Source: an uncultured Gammaproteobacteria bacterium
GTDB taxonomy: Bacteria; Patescibacteriota; Microgenomatia; Daviesbacterales; UBA10151
DNA length: 64,000 nt
Assembly: GCA_964392925.1 (NCBI GenBank)
Contig: CAYMRP010000001.1
Location: 165,585-229,584, forward strand
Direction: 5' to 3'
Shown here: in pieces, positions 25,727-36,850 of the stretch
Layout: every line of letters begins with the position of its first letter
Position numbering within the stretch: position 1 is the stretch's first letter
Translations under genes and position numbers: made by a program
The notes under the pieces: model-generated
Told to the model about the DNA's origin: nothing
The model's input: only the letters and a program-made list of their open reading frames with translations
Database searches by the model: none

Positions 25727-27655
25727 ATGATAATAAAAATTCTATTTTTTCTGGTCTTAACCATAATTTCCGGCTGTATCTTTTCTAATACTCTAAAAGT
25801 TGGTGCTACAGAAGATCCGCAGCCTTGGGATGGTGTTCCTGATTTGCCAATTAATTACACAGAAGATGCTCTGACTTGGTGGAGTAAACATCCTTTTAAT
25901 AAGGAGTCAGTAAATTTTAGGCCAGAAATTACCTCTCCTGCGAATCAAATCAATGTCTTAACTGAATATAATGGAGATATTCAAGCTGCGATCAACGCAC
26001 TTCCGCTTACCGGAGGCACGCTTATGCTTCCTGAGGCAAGTTACAGTGGTACTTTTAATCTGATAGATCGCGACAATATTCATTTTATTGGTGAAGGAAA
26101 TCCAGTATTAAATTTGACTGGAGAAATAATTATTGCCGGCTGTCAAATGTCGACTATTTATGCAGATATTAGTGCTCAAGTTGCAGCTAAAAATCCTACA
26201 GCTGTTGAATGTATAACTACTGGAAGAACTAAAAATATTTATTTTAAGAATCTAACTTTTGATGGAATGAATACCCAACTTCAGGCGATGTCGATTTCAG
26301 CTTCTAAAGATATTGTATTTGATACTGTTACATTTCAAAACTTTGTTGATCCAAAAACTCATCACCGTGGGCTCGTTTCTGGTAATGCTGTACTTGATAA
26401 TATTTGGTTTAGAAATGTTCGTTTTGCTGGAAAAGAAAGATATGCCCTGTATCTTGATGGATTGCATGGGGGAGGTGTGATTGATTCACAAATTGAGGGA
26501 CCTTTCGGTTCTGGTGGTTTACTATTTTTGACTAATGATGATTTGTCCCGGGACTATAACAATAATGGTTCATTAGAGATGGGAGAGCTTCGAACAGCAA
26601 ATCATGTTGCTGTAGCGTATAACACATTTAGCGGATATTTATATAACGGCATAGCTATTATGGGCCGTGATTCAATTGTTTATAAAAACACTATGCTTGC
26701 CACTATAGGTAATGCTTTTGTTTCAATCGAATCTAAGAGTTCTCATGTAGACCGTAATCTAATATATAAGTATGTCGGGAATATGGTTATTAACAACAAA
26801 GTAAAAAATGTAAAATACTTTACTCAAGTATTTGCCTCTCCAACATGTCCGTTAAGAACTAACTGTGCTGTTCAGGGTCAATATACAATTAAAGATAATC
26901 TAATAGAGAATGCTTCTAATTTTTTGCAGCTGGTTCGTGAAAGTAATACCTCATTCGGAACTGTAAGTGGTCCGAATGTTGTTTCAGGCAACTGCGTTAA
27001 TGATTTAAATTGTGTTATTAATGAAGCTTCAGCTTCGGCAACACCAGTTCCAACTTTTGAACCATCTCCAACTCCTTCAGTTATGCCTGAGCCGAACATT
27101 GAACCTACACCATTACCTACTCCTGAGCCGTCACCAACTCCTAACCCAACACCAGTACCAACTCCAACTCCTACTCCTATGCCTTCAAATTCTCCAGTTC
27201 CTTCTGCTAATAACTTGATCATTAATGGCTCATTCGAGTTGGGAGCCGGTGCGCCTTGGGGGTTGAATAAGACTGTTATAGATAGCAGCATAGCTCAAAG
27301 CGGAAGTAAAAGTTTGTTAATTAACGGACCCTCAGATCTCTACACAAGACAGGATTTAACATTAAAACCTAATACAACATACAGCATGTCTTATTGGGCT
27401 AAAACTGCAAACACCACTGCTAAGGGAATTACCATGAGAATGGTTCAATTGAAACCAACAACAAAGATTTTATCGTTAGGAACTTATATTAACGGCACTA
27501 CAGACTGGATGTATCAAACTCAATCCTTTATAACTCCAGCAAATTATATTGGAGGACGAGTTGATGTTCTATTTACTTTAAATGCTGGTGAGCGTGCTTG
27601 GATTGATAATATAAAATTGTGCGAAGGTCCGCTTAGCTGCTTGGATTCAATCTAA
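25727..27655 (+). CDS. secreted right-handed beta-helix (pectin-lyase-fold) protein with Pro/Thr linker and C-terminal carbohydrate-binding-module-like domain
   Basis: Signal peptide; repetitive beta-helix-like Asn/Gly-rich region; PT-rich linker [21 protein letters not shown]; C-terminal domain starting [10 protein letters not shown] typical of CBM4/9-like modules. Confidence 0.5.
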   Translation: MIIKILFFLVLTIISGCIFSNTLKVGATEDPQPWDGVPDLPINYTEDALTWWSKHPFNKESVNFRPEITSPANQINVLTEYNGDIQAAINALPLTGGTLMLPEASYSGTFNLIDRDNIHFIGEGNPVLNLTGEIIIAGCQMSTIYADISAQVAAKNPTAVECITTGRTKNIYFKNLTFDGMNTQLQAMSISASKDIVFDTVTFQNFVDPKTHHRGLVSGNAVLDNIWFRNVRFAGKERYALYLDGLHGGGVIDSQIEGPFGSGGLLFLTNDDLSRDYNNNGSLEMGELRTANHVAVAYNTFSGYLYNGIAIMGRDSIVYKNTMLATIGNAFVSIESKSSHVDRNLIYKYVGNMVINNKVKNVKYFTQVFASPTCPLRTNCAVQGQYTIKDNLIENASNFLQLVRESNTSFGTVSGPNVVSGNCVNDLNCVINEASASATPVPTFEPSPTPSVMPEPNIEPTPLPTPEPSPTPNPTPVPTPTPTPMPSNSPVPSANNLIINGSFELGAGAPWGLNKTVIDSSIAQSGSKSLLINGPSDLYTRQDLTLKPNTTYSMSYWAKTANTTAKGITMRMVQLKPTTKILSLGTYINGTTDWMYQTQSFITPANYIGGRVDVLFTLNAGERAWIDNIKLCEGPLSCLDSI

Positions 27656-27897
27656 TTATTTAATACTCAATATATTGGTATAATTATCAGATAGACCCTA
27701 ATTTAATTCCTGGAAGCACAGCTCCTACCCAACAACCAAAAGATCTAAAAACCCAATTAACGGAAACCTCTAATGATTTCATAAAAGATAATTATGAAGG
27801 CTTTCTTCATAAACTAATTGGCATTATGTTTTCTATTCTAAAATTTATTAAAAACAGCCTTATAAGTATGATTAATATGGCAATGGGAAAAGGTTAA

Positions 27898-28497
27898 TTA
27901 GCAGGAAGCAGAAGGAATTTCAATTGAAACCTGATTAAATCCAAGCGCCATCAAAAAAGCCGTTAGTTGTTTTCTAGCATTATCACTAGCCTGCTGTAAA
28001 ATCCCTCCTTCGCACGCCGCATCTCTAATCGATTTCTCAGCCGCTTCCCGGGCTTTAGTCTCCAAATCCTTATCTCCTGGATTCAAAATGCCTTTTGAAC
28101 GGTCATATACTTTAGTTTGAGTATTATCAAGCGTCGCCACCAAAATCTGCGGCGCAGGCAAAGACAGCCTAATATTAGTGCCTTCGATCGTAACATCCTT
28201 CTCAGACAACTGTGATAAATCAAATCCGGCTATAACCTGACCGTGAGCAATTAATAATATTTTATCCCCAAAAAGAAATTGTTTAAAAACATTAGTTTCA
28301 GCAGTCCCGCCATCAATAATCTTCTCAATCGTAAATGAAGCTGTTTCCATCCGCTGCAAACTCCGCATTTCTTTGATTACCGCTGCACGATCTGTATTAA
28401 GTTTGATTCCTGAATCCCCAAACCAGTAATACCCCAAAGCTCCCACCACAACGAAAAGTATTATGAAGAATATTAAAGTAACCCTGTTGAAAAACAT
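27898..28497 (-). CDS. N-terminally anchored hypothetical protein (DUF4230-like)
   Basis: Single N-terminal TM, about 200 aa soluble region. Confidence 0.3.
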   Translation of the reverse strand: MFFNRVTLIFFIILFVVVGALGYYWFGDSGIKLNTDRAAVIKEMRSLQRMETASFTIEKIIDGGTAETNVFKQFLFGDKILLIAHGQVIAGFDLSQLSEKDVTIEGTNIRLSLPAPQILVATLDNTQTKVYDRSKGILNPGDKDLETKAREAAEKSIRDAACEGGILQQASDNARKQLTAFLMALGFNQVSIEIPSASC

Positions 28498-28615
28498 TAT
28501 CTATTTAGTCTAGCACAACCATCTTTATCGAAGTATTTTATCTAATTTTTACTATATCCTATAAGTATATCTTTATCTTTTTAGATGATGTATAATTACT
28601 CTTCGTGCGTACAGT

Positions 28616-30400
28616 ATGAATAACTTAAGAAATATCGCTATTATCGCCCACGTTGATCACGGAAAGACTACTCTTGTGGACTCTCTGTTAACCCAAACCC
28701 AGACTCACATGGATAAAGATCTGGTTGGAACAGATCTAATCATGGATTCTAATGAGCTTGAAAAAGAGCGCGGAATCACTATTTTCTCCAAAAATGCTTC
28801 AGTTAGCTGGAATGGAACCAAAATTAATATTATCGATACCCCAGGCCACGCTGATTTCGGAGGAGAAGTTGAGCGTGTTTTGAAAATGGCAGACGGCTGT
28901 CTTCTTTTAATCGACGCTAAAGAAGGTCCAATGCCTCAAACCAGATTCGTTCTCAAACAGGCTCTAAAGATGGGACTTAAAATCATCGTTGTTGTTAATA
29001 AAATCGACCGTCCTGATGCCCGGATCGACTATGTTTTAAATAAAACTTTTGATTTATTTATTGATTTAGGCGCAGACGAAGAATCTGCTTATTTTCCTGT
29101 CATCTACGCCTCCGGAAAACTTGGAAAAGCGGGTCTTGAGCCTGATATAAATACCATGACTGATATCACCCCGATATTCGAAGCAGTTATGAAAGAAATT
29201 CCGGCTCCCAGCGGTGATCCTGAAAAACCTCTTCAACTTTTAATCTCAAACATCAGCGGTGATAATTTTAAAGGCCGTATTGGTATGGGAAGAATTGAAA
29301 ACGGCCGAATTGCCGCTAACGCTGAAATCATGCACATCAATCGTGAAGGCATCCAAAAAAGATACCGCATCTCATCTTTAATGGGATTTGAAGGCTTAGG
29401 TAGGATAGATATTAAAGAAGCTGAAGCCGGAGATATCGTGGCTATATCCGGTATTGCTGACATAACAATCGGTGAAACAATTGCTGATATTAACAATCCA
29501 GTGGCATTACCTCTTCTGGATATCGAAGAACCAACCATCCGGATGTTAATCAGCGTTAATACCTCGCCATTTGCTGGCAGGGAAGGGGAGTATAAAACTA
29601 CTCGCCAAATCCAGGAAAGACTCTATAAAGAATTAGAAACAGATGTCGCTCTAAGGGTTGAAAATGGTCAAAACACTGATTGGATAGTCTCAGGCCGTGG
29701 AGAGCTTCATTTAGCCATTTTAATCGAAAGAATGCGCCGTGAAGGTTATGAATTCCAAGTTTCCCGCCCTCAGGTTATCACTAAAGTTGAAAATGGAGTT
29801 ACTTTGGCCCCTTATGAAAGACTGTTCATCGAAACTCCAGAAGAATTCTCAGGCACAGTTATCCAAAAATTAGGTTTAAGACACGGTCAATTAATCAACA
29901 TGAAAAACGAAGGTGGAATCGTTGATCTTGAATATATTATCCCTACCCGCGAATTATTTGGTTTCCGCTCACAATTCATAACCGACACCAAAGGTTTAGG
30001 CATAATAAATACAATATTCGAAGAATTCAGACCAGATACTGGAGCTAGCTTCAGCAGAGACAGCGGATCTTTAGTAGTCCACGAAACTGGAACTACTAAA
30101 CTTTTCGGACTAGTTGGAGTTCAAAGCCGAGGTACTCTTTTTATTGGTCCTGGAACTGCAGTTTATAAAGGCCAGGTAATCGGTTCAAGCGCCCGATCAG
30201 GAGACATGAGCGTAAACGTCTGTAAAGAAAAGCAGCAAACCAATCACCGCTCAAGCGGAGAGGGTGTTTCCGAACATTTTAATGCCCCCAAATTAATGGA
30301 TCTTGAAGATTCATTGGAATATATTGATGACACAGAATTAGTAGAAGTCACACCTAAAAATATCAGAATCCGCAAAATAAACTTAAACGGCACTCGTTAA
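28616..30400 (+). CDS. typA: translational GTPase TypA/BipA
   Basis: G1 [10 protein letters not shown]3 [11 protein letters not shown]-like domain order, 594 aa. Confidence 0.9.
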   Translation: MNNLRNIAIIAHVDHGKTTLVDSLLTQTQTHMDKDLVGTDLIMDSNELEKERGITIFSKNASVSWNGTKINIIDTPGHADFGGEVERVLKMADGCLLLIDAKEGPMPQTRFVLKQALKMGLKIIVVVNKIDRPDARIDYVLNKTFDLFIDLGADEESAYFPVIYASGKLGKAGLEPDINTMTDITPIFEAVMKEIPAPSGDPEKPLQLLISNISGDNFKGRIGMGRIENGRIAANAEIMHINREGIQKRYRISSLMGFEGLGRIDIKEAEAGDIVAISGIADITIGETIADINNPVALPLLDIEEPTIRMLISVNTSPFAGREGEYKTTRQIQERLYKELETDVALRVENGQNTDWIVSGRGELHLAILIERMRREGYEFQVSRPQVITKVENGVTLAPYERLFIETPEEFSGTVIQKLGLRHGQLINMKNEGGIVDLEYIIPTRELFGFRSQFITDTKGLGIINTIFEEFRPDTGASFSRDSGSLVVHETGTTKLFGLVGVQSRGTLFIGPGTAVYKGQVIGSSARSGDMSVNVCKEKQQTNHRSSGEGVSEHFNAPKLMDLEDSLEYIDDTELVEVTPKNIRIRKINLNGTR

Positions 30401-31732
30401 GAAAAAAGCTCCTAGACTTGAAGCCACAATAAATATTGTTGAAGCCCCAAACTTATAAGCAAAATTCTTCGCTCCGGAAGAATAAGCATAAAAAGTTTTA
30501 GCCGACAAATTTACCGCATTAGCAATTAATATTCCTAAAATCGCTAAGTTTGAATCTATAATCCGGCCGCTTAATTCAGATGCACTTATCACAACGGCAT
30601 CAATACCTGCAAGCGCCCCCAATCCCGAAGTAACTAAAAATCCATTATTGCCAAAAAACACCAGCGATAATTTAGACAAAATATTAATTACTAAAAATAG
30701 CCCCATGAATTTTAAAGCTGGAGTTAAATTAAACATTTTATGCGAACTCTTTTGCTTTTTTCCGGTCTCAGATTCGCTACTGACTTTTCTAAAAAAGAAA
30801 AAGCATCCCGCCAAAAGGGTAGAGATAGTTAATCCTAATATCACCGGCAAACCCTGAATAAAAAGTCCGCTGTTAACCGCTAAAATCAAAATCGAAATCT
30901 GAATAAAACTTGTCATATTAGAAAATAGCGCCGCCCCCACAAATTGATTATTTTGGGTTAATCCTTTGCTTTGTCCGGCCAAAGATTGGGTCGTTGCAGT
31001 TGAAGAAATAAATCCACCTGCCAAACTAGTGATAAGCAAACTTTTCCCTCGTCCTAAAGTTCTTTCTAAAACATATCCCAAAATATCAACTCCAGTCATC
31101 AAAACCACAATCGACCATAATTTATAAGGATTTATTAAACTGATGTCTTTAATTTGATTAAGAAACGGCACCGACGGCAAAATAGCCTCTATATTAGAAA
31201 TACTGCTCAAAGAGAATGAGAAATTAGGCAAAAAAGGCAAAATAACCAAAGCCAAAATAGCAAAACTCACAAACGAATTAACTTCTTTCCGGTCAATGCC
31301 AGCAATCATTCTGTGAATTTTCTGTTTTTTAGATAACAGTAAAACAACGATAACAGTAACCGCTAAAATAATTTGTATCGGTACAATTCCAGCGGCGATA
31401 AGTATTCCGGCAAAATATGTAAAGAACACCGCAATTTCAGTCGTAATCCCTAAATCTTTAGTGTAAATTACTCCTAAAATATAATTTGCCAAAATCATTA
31501 TCAAAACAGCCGATGTAATAATTGCCGATATTACAGCGCCGCCGGAAAGACTTAATCCGCTCAAAGCTCCTAAAATTCCGATCATTGAAAAAGTTCTAAG
31601 CCCCATATCAGTAAGAACCTGTCCTTTTCGAGGTTTATTATCAGGTGTTGGATCAACCTGGCGCTCCAAACCAATAATCGCCCCAATAGCCAGCGGTACC
31701 AGAATCTTAACGAATAAATCTCCAGTTTCCAT
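30383..31732 (-). CDS. MgtC/SapB-family N-terminal domain fused to DUF4010-like polytopic membrane protein
   Basis: N-terminal LAIGAIIGLERQ...GLRTF MgtC signature, then more than 10 TM helices. Confidence 0.55.
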   Translation of the reverse strand: METGDLFVKILVPLAIGAIIGLERQVDPTPDNKPRKGQVLTDMGLRTFSMIGILGALSGLSLSGGAVISAIITSAVLIMILANYILGVIYTKDLGITTEIAVFFTYFAGILIAAGIVPIQIILAVTVIVVLLLSKKQKIHRMIAGIDRKEVNSFVSFAILALVILPFLPNFSFSLSSISNIEAILPSVPFLNQIKDISLINPYKLWSIVVLMTGVDILGYVLERTLGRGKSLLITSLAGGFISSTATTQSLAGQSKGLTQNNQFVGAALFSNMTSFIQISILILAVNSGLFIQGLPVILGLTISTLLAGCFFFFRKVSSESETGKKQKSSHKMFNLTPALKFMGLFLVINILSKLSLVFFGNNGFLVTSGLGALAGIDAVVISASELSGRIIDSNLAILGILIANAVNLSAKTFYAYSSGAKNFAYKFGASTIFIVASSLGAFFLTSAV

Positions 31733-31782
31733 TCATCCTATTCTAAGCTTTTCTTCATAGAATTTGAAGTATAATATTTCCT

Positions 31783-32739
31783 ATGAATTGGGTTGATTTA
31801 GTAATTATTGCGCTTCTCGTATTCTTTATTTATGAATCTATCGGTCGCAACTTTCTTGGCGAAGTTTTAGATTCTTTATCTTTTATCGTTGCCTTTTTTG
31901 CCTCTCTGAGATTTTATAATGAATTCGCTCAATTCTTTTTAACTGCTTTTCAAATTCCTAATTCACTTTCAAAGATATTTGGCTTTCTCTCAGTCTGGTT
32001 TTTAGTAGAAACAGTCTTTTTCGGCATTATCCATTTTGTTCTGTTTCGTTACCTCGGCACAATACATCTCCCAAAGTGGCTTAATAAGCTTTCTGTTATT
32101 CCAGCGATTTTCAGAGGTTTAGTTTTTGTCTCAATAATTTTAGTTTTGCTTGGCACTTTCCCTATTCAGCCAATGATAAAAAAAGATATTCTTGATTCCC
32201 TAGTCGGTTCAGCTATTCTAAATGAAACTCATCGCTTGGAAGGACCTTTAAAAAATGTTTTTGGTGGTATCACGGAGGACACTTTTACTTTCTTAACAAT
32301 AAAACCTCGCTCTGATGAAACTGTTAATCTCGGATTTAAAACCGGCGAATTCTCACCTGACTCCGCTATGGAAGACCAGCTTATTACACTCGTGAATAAA
32401 GAACGTACTTCTAGAAATCTTCAGCCGCTTGAGAAAATCGATAGTTTGACCCGCATCGGCCGGAATCATTCAGCCGATATGTTCACCCGAGGTTATTTTG
32501 CTCATAATTCGCCAGAAGGAGAAAGTGTTGCCAACCGGGCAAATAAAGCCGGCTATCTATATTTAGTCATTGGTGAAAATCTGGCTTATGCTCCAACAGT
32601 TCAGCTTGCCCACAAAGGTTTAATGGACTCCAAAGGTCATCGTGAGAATATCCTGTCTCCTGAATTTAATAAAATAGGAATCGGTATTATGGATGGCGGA
32701 GTTTATGGCTTGATGGTTACTCAAGTCTTCTCAAATTAA
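31783..32739 (+). CDS. CvpA-family membrane domain fused to CAP (SCP/PR-1-like) domain
   Basis: N-terminal CvpA-like 4-TM region; C-terminal HSADMFTRGYFAHNSPEG...GENLAY...HRENIL CAP motifs. Confidence 0.55.
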   Translation: MNWVDLVIIALLVFFIYESIGRNFLGEVLDSLSFIVAFFASLRFYNEFAQFFLTAFQIPNSLSKIFGFLSVWFLVETVFFGIIHFVLFRYLGTIHLPKWLNKLSVIPAIFRGLVFVSIILVLLGTFPIQPMIKKDILDSLVGSAILNETHRLEGPLKNVFGGITEDTFTFLTIKPRSDETVNLGFKTGEFSPDSAMEDQLITLVNKERTSRNLQPLEKIDSLTRIGRNHSADMFTRGYFAHNSPEGESVANRANKAGYLYLVIGENLAYAPTVQLAHKGLMDSKGHRENILSPEFNKIGIGIMDGGVYGLMVTQVFSN

Positions 32740-33336
32740 ATGAATCTAAAAAAAACTTTACTCCTGACTGTTATTCTGCTTACCTCATTTATCGCAGGTT
32801 CTATCTTAATCTGGCAGGGCTTAAATCTTGATCGCAATGATCAAAACGCCCAAGTTCTAGGTAAGCGTACAAATACAGATTTAATTGGTGCTACAGCCTC
32901 AGCTAATTTGCCTACTGGTGATAGATTTTTAGTTACTAAGGTTATTGATGGCGATACTTTTTACGTCAAACTTGATGGCGATACAGTTAGTGTCCGGATG
33001 GTTGGTATCGATACTCCTGAGACTGTTGATCCTAGAAGACCAGTCGGCTGTTTTGGGAAAAAATCCAGTGATGAAACTAAGAGATTAATCGAAGGCAAGG
33101 AGGTCATTCTGACAAAAGATATTTCTGATACCGATAAATATAATCGCCTCCTCAGATATGTTTTCCTGCCTGTTTCAGGAGGGGAGACGCTTTTTATTAA
33201 TGATTATCTAATTCGTCAGGGGTTTGCCAAATCTCTAACTTATCCGCCAGATGTTAAATATAATGAACGTTTCGTAGGGGCTGAGCGCGATGCCCGAGAT
33301 AATCTACGAGGATTGTGGTCTGAATGCCAAAACTAA
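32740..33336 (+). CDS. thermonuclease (staphylococcal nuclease, SNase) family protein
   Basis: VIDGDTFYVKLDGDTVSVRMVGIDTPE SNase core with N-terminal TM. Confidence 0.75.
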   Translation: MNLKKTLLLTVILLTSFIAGSILIWQGLNLDRNDQNAQVLGKRTNTDLIGATASANLPTGDRFLVTKVIDGDTFYVKLDGDTVSVRMVGIDTPETVDPRRPVGCFGKKSSDETKRLIEGKEVILTKDISDTDKYNRLLRYVFLPVSGGETLFINDYLIRQGFAKSLTYPPDVKYNERFVGAERDARDNLRGLWSECQN

Positions 33337-33384
33337 GCCATCTACTATCTGCCTCAGTCGCGTGCCATGCGCTATAATTAATTA

Positions 33385-33921
33385 ATGAAGAAGTTCTGGT
33401 TTCAGCTTTTTGGGTTAGTTTTACTCACCAGTATTGCCATGTTTTTAGCTTTCAATCAAAGCTATCTTGCGCCCTTTGCCAGTATGTTCAAAAGAGCTCC
33501 GACACTTTCTGGCCAAATAGTTCAAAAAACTAATAAACTTGTAATTCTAGGCAGCGACGGCACCCAAAAAGCCCAAATCAATATTGAGCTTGCCAACACT
33601 AAAGAAGTCAGATCTAAAGGTTTAGGATATAGAGATAGTCTGGCAACTACCTCCGGAATGCTTTTTATCCACGAATCTCCACAAAAATATACTTACTGGA
33701 TGAAAGGTATGAGATTCCCAATTGATATTATGTGGATCTCGGGCGATACAATTGCGGACATAATACCAAATATCCCACCACCAATCGAGGGTCAGACAGA
33801 TGATACTCTTGAGCGTTACCAATCAACCGTTGAAGTAGATAAAGTGTTGGAGACTAATGCCGGTTTCGTCATGCAAAACAACATTCTTGAAGGCGATAAA
33901 ATCGTCGTTACCACCAGGTAG
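33385..33921 (+). CDS. DUF192 family exported protein
   Basis: MLFIHESPQKYTYWMKGMRFPIDIMWI conserved DUF192 core after signal peptide. Confidence 0.55.
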   Translation: MKKFWFQLFGLVLLTSIAMFLAFNQSYLAPFASMFKRAPTLSGQIVQKTNKLVILGSDGTQKAQINIELANTKEVRSKGLGYRDSLATTSGMLFIHESPQKYTYWMKGMRFPIDIMWISGDTIADIIPNIPPPIEGQTDDTLERYQSTVEVDKVLETNAGFVMQNNILEGDKIVVTTR

Positions 33922-33924
33922 TTT

Positions 33925-35352
33925 ATGTTAATACTTCCATTAAAATTTATTCGAGAAGAAGATAAAAAAATTATTGGTATAAACTTATTTAATCTGGCCA
34001 AACTTGGCCATCTCGGTCTGCCAGTTGTTGAGTCTGTTATCGCCATCCCGCCTCCTGAAATATTTGAAAGTACTGTTAATAGATATTTAAAAAATCATCC
34101 CAACCTTAAAGACCATATGCTGCACATAAAAGCTGAAATCCTAAAAATTCCTGTTCCCGAAAGCATTAAGACTTTAGAACTTGCAAATAATCACCTGGCT
34201 AAAAATTCTGTTTTGAATATAGAAAAACTTTGGGAAAATTTGCTTGAAAAATGGGCGCTTGAATTGATTTCTAAAATTGAAAGAAATGAAAAAGACCGTT
34301 TTAATTTAACTCCTCAATTAATTATTTTTTCCGCTAACTTTACAGTTTTTGGTAGAGGTTATTTTGACGAAGATCGGGATCACGCCATCATTAAAGTTGA
34401 ACAGGGAAAGCTTGATTTTCACACATCCTCAGCGATTGAAAATTTAATTATTGTAGGTAACAAAAAACTATTAATTCCTCAAATTTATTATTGGGGAATT
34501 GAAGATAATAAAATCAAGATTGTTAAAGTTCAGCCTTATACTCAAAGCTTAGATGAAGATAAAGATCCAACAATAGACAAAGCAGTTTCAACCAGCACCA
34601 CTGTAAAAGTTGTTAAAACTGCAACCAAAATTTTGCTTGATTATCATAATGATGTTCTAACGAATTATGATTCTGACGGAGTCCTTCTTAATATAAAAAA
34701 GCTCGATGCAGAGGAGATCAACGCCCAGCTTACTAAGATCCACATATTCGATACTAATGCAAAAATTATTTTTAACTCAGATAGTAATCTTACTCATCCA
34801 GAGATCTTAGAATTTGCCAAGATATTTATTTTTTTCAAAAACAAAAGAAAACTCGATGCTCAAATTATCTTACCTGAAACTTATTCCAAAGATGAATTCT
34901 TAAGTCTTAAAAGAGACCTCGCTTCGCTCGGAATTTATAGTAAAGGCGGTCTAAAACTTTGGAAACAATTTAATCACCCAGCAGACTTCCTAAATTTTAA
35001 TGATTATTTTGAAGCAGGTTTTGATGGAGCAATTATAGATATTGATAGACTTGCTAAATCAATCACCGGACTTGATTCCGAAATAGTTCTTCGCGATCTG
35101 AAACTTGATTGGATAAATACTATCGAAAAATTCTTTAAAGATTTTGGGTTGTCGAAAGTAATTAAAAGCGGTAAGCAGGTTTTAATAAAAGGCGATCTTT
35201 GCCAAAACGAAGAACTATTAAATTTTTTAATTAGATCCGGAGTTTGGGGCGTTGCTTTTAAGAATAATATCGCCTCCAAATTTAAAGAGCATATAAGCTA
35301 TCTGGAAAAACAAACTATCAAAAAATTATCCCAAAGAGAAGTTCAGCATTAA
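33925..35352 (+). CDS. hypothetical protein with N-terminal PEP-utilising/PPDK-N-like nucleotide-binding segment
   Basis: IGINLFNLAKLGHLGLPVVESVIAIPP resembles the ATP-grasp N-terminus of PEP synthase/PPDK; weak. Confidence 0.3.
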   Translation: MLILPLKFIREEDKKIIGINLFNLAKLGHLGLPVVESVIAIPPPEIFESTVNRYLKNHPNLKDHMLHIKAEILKIPVPESIKTLELANNHLAKNSVLNIEKLWENLLEKWALELISKIERNEKDRFNLTPQLIIFSANFTVFGRGYFDEDRDHAIIKVEQGKLDFHTSSAIENLIIVGNKKLLIPQIYYWGIEDNKIKIVKVQPYTQSLDEDKDPTIDKAVSTSTTVKVVKTATKILLDYHNDVLTNYDSDGVLLNIKKLDAEEINAQLTKIHIFDTNAKIIFNSDSNLTHPEILEFAKIFIFFKNKRKLDAQIILPETYSKDEFLSLKRDLASLGIYSKGGLKLWKQFNHPADFLNFNDYFEAGFDGAIIDIDRLAKSITGLDSEIVLRDLKLDWINTIEKFFKDFGLSKVIKSGKQVLIKGDLCQNEELLNFLIRSGVWGVAFKNNIASKFKEHISYLEKQTIKKLSQREVQH

Positions 35353-36006
35353 GATATACTCACCCTTAGGAATTCTTTTTTTATACTCCTCAATAAACTC
35401 TAAAGTCTTTTTTGATTTTACTTCCTGATGCATTTTGGTTAATTCTTTAGCCAGAACTATTCTTGGATTAATAAATAGTTGGTTAATCTCGTCTAACGTT
35501 TTCTTTAATTTATGAGGTGCCACAAAAATAATAAATGTTGTGGCGATTAAATCATTAATTTGCTTTAGATTCTCTAACTGAGTTTTTCTCCGGCCTTCTT
35601 TCTCTGGTAAATATCCTACAAACATGAATTTATCCGGCGGCATTCCAGATAGTGTTAATGCCGTAGTAACTGACGATGGGCCGGGTAAAGAATCAACTTC
35701 GAGTCCCTGTTCAATCATACTCCGAACAATTTTGTATCCAGGATCAGAAATCAAAGGTGTTCCTGCATCCGACACTAATGCCAAATTCAGACCTGATCTA
35801 AGTTTTGCGGCAATCAGATCTTCTGAGCGAAACTCATTAAAGTCATTAAGAATAATAAGTGGTTTTTTTATTTCGTAATGACTTAAAAGAACCGATGTTC
35901 TTCTTGAGTCCTCACAAATTATTTCATCAACGTCCTTTAAGACTTCAAGAGCTCTTAAAGTTATATCTTTCAAATTACCAATCGGTGTTGGAACAATAGT
36001 TAGCAT
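35326..36006 (-). CDS. rsmI: 16S rRNA (cytidine1402-2'-O)-methyltransferase
   Basis: Tetrapyrrole-methylase-family N-terminus LTIVPTPIGNLKDITLRALEVLK...EDSRRT. Confidence 0.8.
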   Translation of the reverse strand: MLTIVPTPIGNLKDITLRALEVLKDVDEIICEDSRRTSVLLSHYEIKKPLIILNDFNEFRSEDLIAAKLRSGLNLALVSDAGTPLISDPGYKIVRSMIEQGLEVDSLPGPSSVTTALTLSGMPPDKFMFVGYLPEKEGRRKTQLENLKQINDLIATTFIIFVAPHKLKKTLDEINQLFINPRIVLAKELTKMHQEVKSKKTLEFIEEYKKRIPKGEYILMLNFSLG

Positions 36007-36079
36007 GGAGAAATTTTACTCTGAACGAAGTGAATGGGCAAGCTGCGCTTAATAAGCTAGAGTCCCTGTGTGCAATCAA

Positions 36080-36778
36080 CTACTTATCTGCTTTTTTTAT
36101 AGTCTCTTCGAGATCTTTAAAATTGGCATGCTTCATGTCTGCTTTTGATAAACGAGGTCCGCGTTTATGCTGAATAAACTCAATAATCATCGGTAAAACA
36201 GAAATAATAATGATGAAATATACAATATACTCAAAGTTATCTTTAACCCAAGGCAAAGACCCAAAGAAATACCCGGCAAACAACAAACTAGTCACCCAAA
36301 TAAAAGCTCCAATAATATTATAAAGGAAAAATGTGTGGTAATGCATATTTCCCACCCCTGCTACGAATGGAGCAAAAGTCCGCACAATAGGAGCAAATCG
36401 AGCTAAAATAATGGTTTTCTTCCCATGTTTTTCATAGAATTCCCTAGTTTTCTCCAAATATGCTTTCTTGAAAATCATAGAGTTTTCATTTGCAAAAACT
36501 TTAGCTCCCATTTTATGTCCGATCCAATAATTAACTGTATCTCCAATAATGGCTGCCGCAAGTAGAGTAAAATAAGCAACCCAAATATTTAATAATCCGC
36601 TGCCTGACAACGTTCCTATTACAAATAGTAGTGAATCTCCTGGCAAGAAAGGGGTGACAACTAGTCCTGTTTCAGCAAAAATAATAAGGAACAAAATTAC
36701 ATAAGTCCAAGGACCAAACGCATGAACTAAGGTTATTAAGTATTCATCTAAATGAAGTAAAAACTCAAAAATTTCCAT
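36080..36778 (-). CDS. DedA family membrane protein
   Basis: VTPFLPGDSLLFVIG DedA signature, 232 aa. Confidence 0.75.
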   Translation of the reverse strand: MEIFEFLLHLDEYLITLVHAFGPWTYVILFLIIFAETGLVVTPFLPGDSLLFVIGTLSGSGLLNIWVAYFTLLAAAIIGDTVNYWIGHKMGAKVFANENSMIFKKAYLEKTREFYEKHGKKTIILARFAPIVRTFAPFVAGVGNMHYHTFFLYNIIGAFIWVTSLLFAGYFFGSLPWVKDNFEYIVYFIIIISVLPMIIEFIQHKRGPRLSKADMKHANFKDLEETIKKADK

Positions 36779-36850
36779 AAAAAATCAATTACCAATCCCA
36801 AAACCCATTACAGTATTTTAACTGAAAATATTAAATAATCAAAGTGAAGA

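Noticed and set aside
27012-27291. Small ORFs antisense or out of frame within the Pro/Thr linker of ORF 25727-27655 (Leu/Gln-rich 68 aa; Gly/Val-rich 137 aa)
   Set aside because: These are low-complexity translations of the repetitive PT-linker DNA on other frames, a typical artefact. The same reasoning applies to other short ORFs fully nested in long genes (e.g. 1017-1217, 9564-9884, 16247-16450, 29233-29538, 52310-52525).
27690-27897. Possible small ORF after the beta-helix gene (…IDPNLIPGSTAPTQQPKDLK…MAMGKG)
   Set aside because: The open frame lacks a convincing start codon or RBS and overlaps the 3' end region of the convergent gene 27898-28497, so there is insufficient support.
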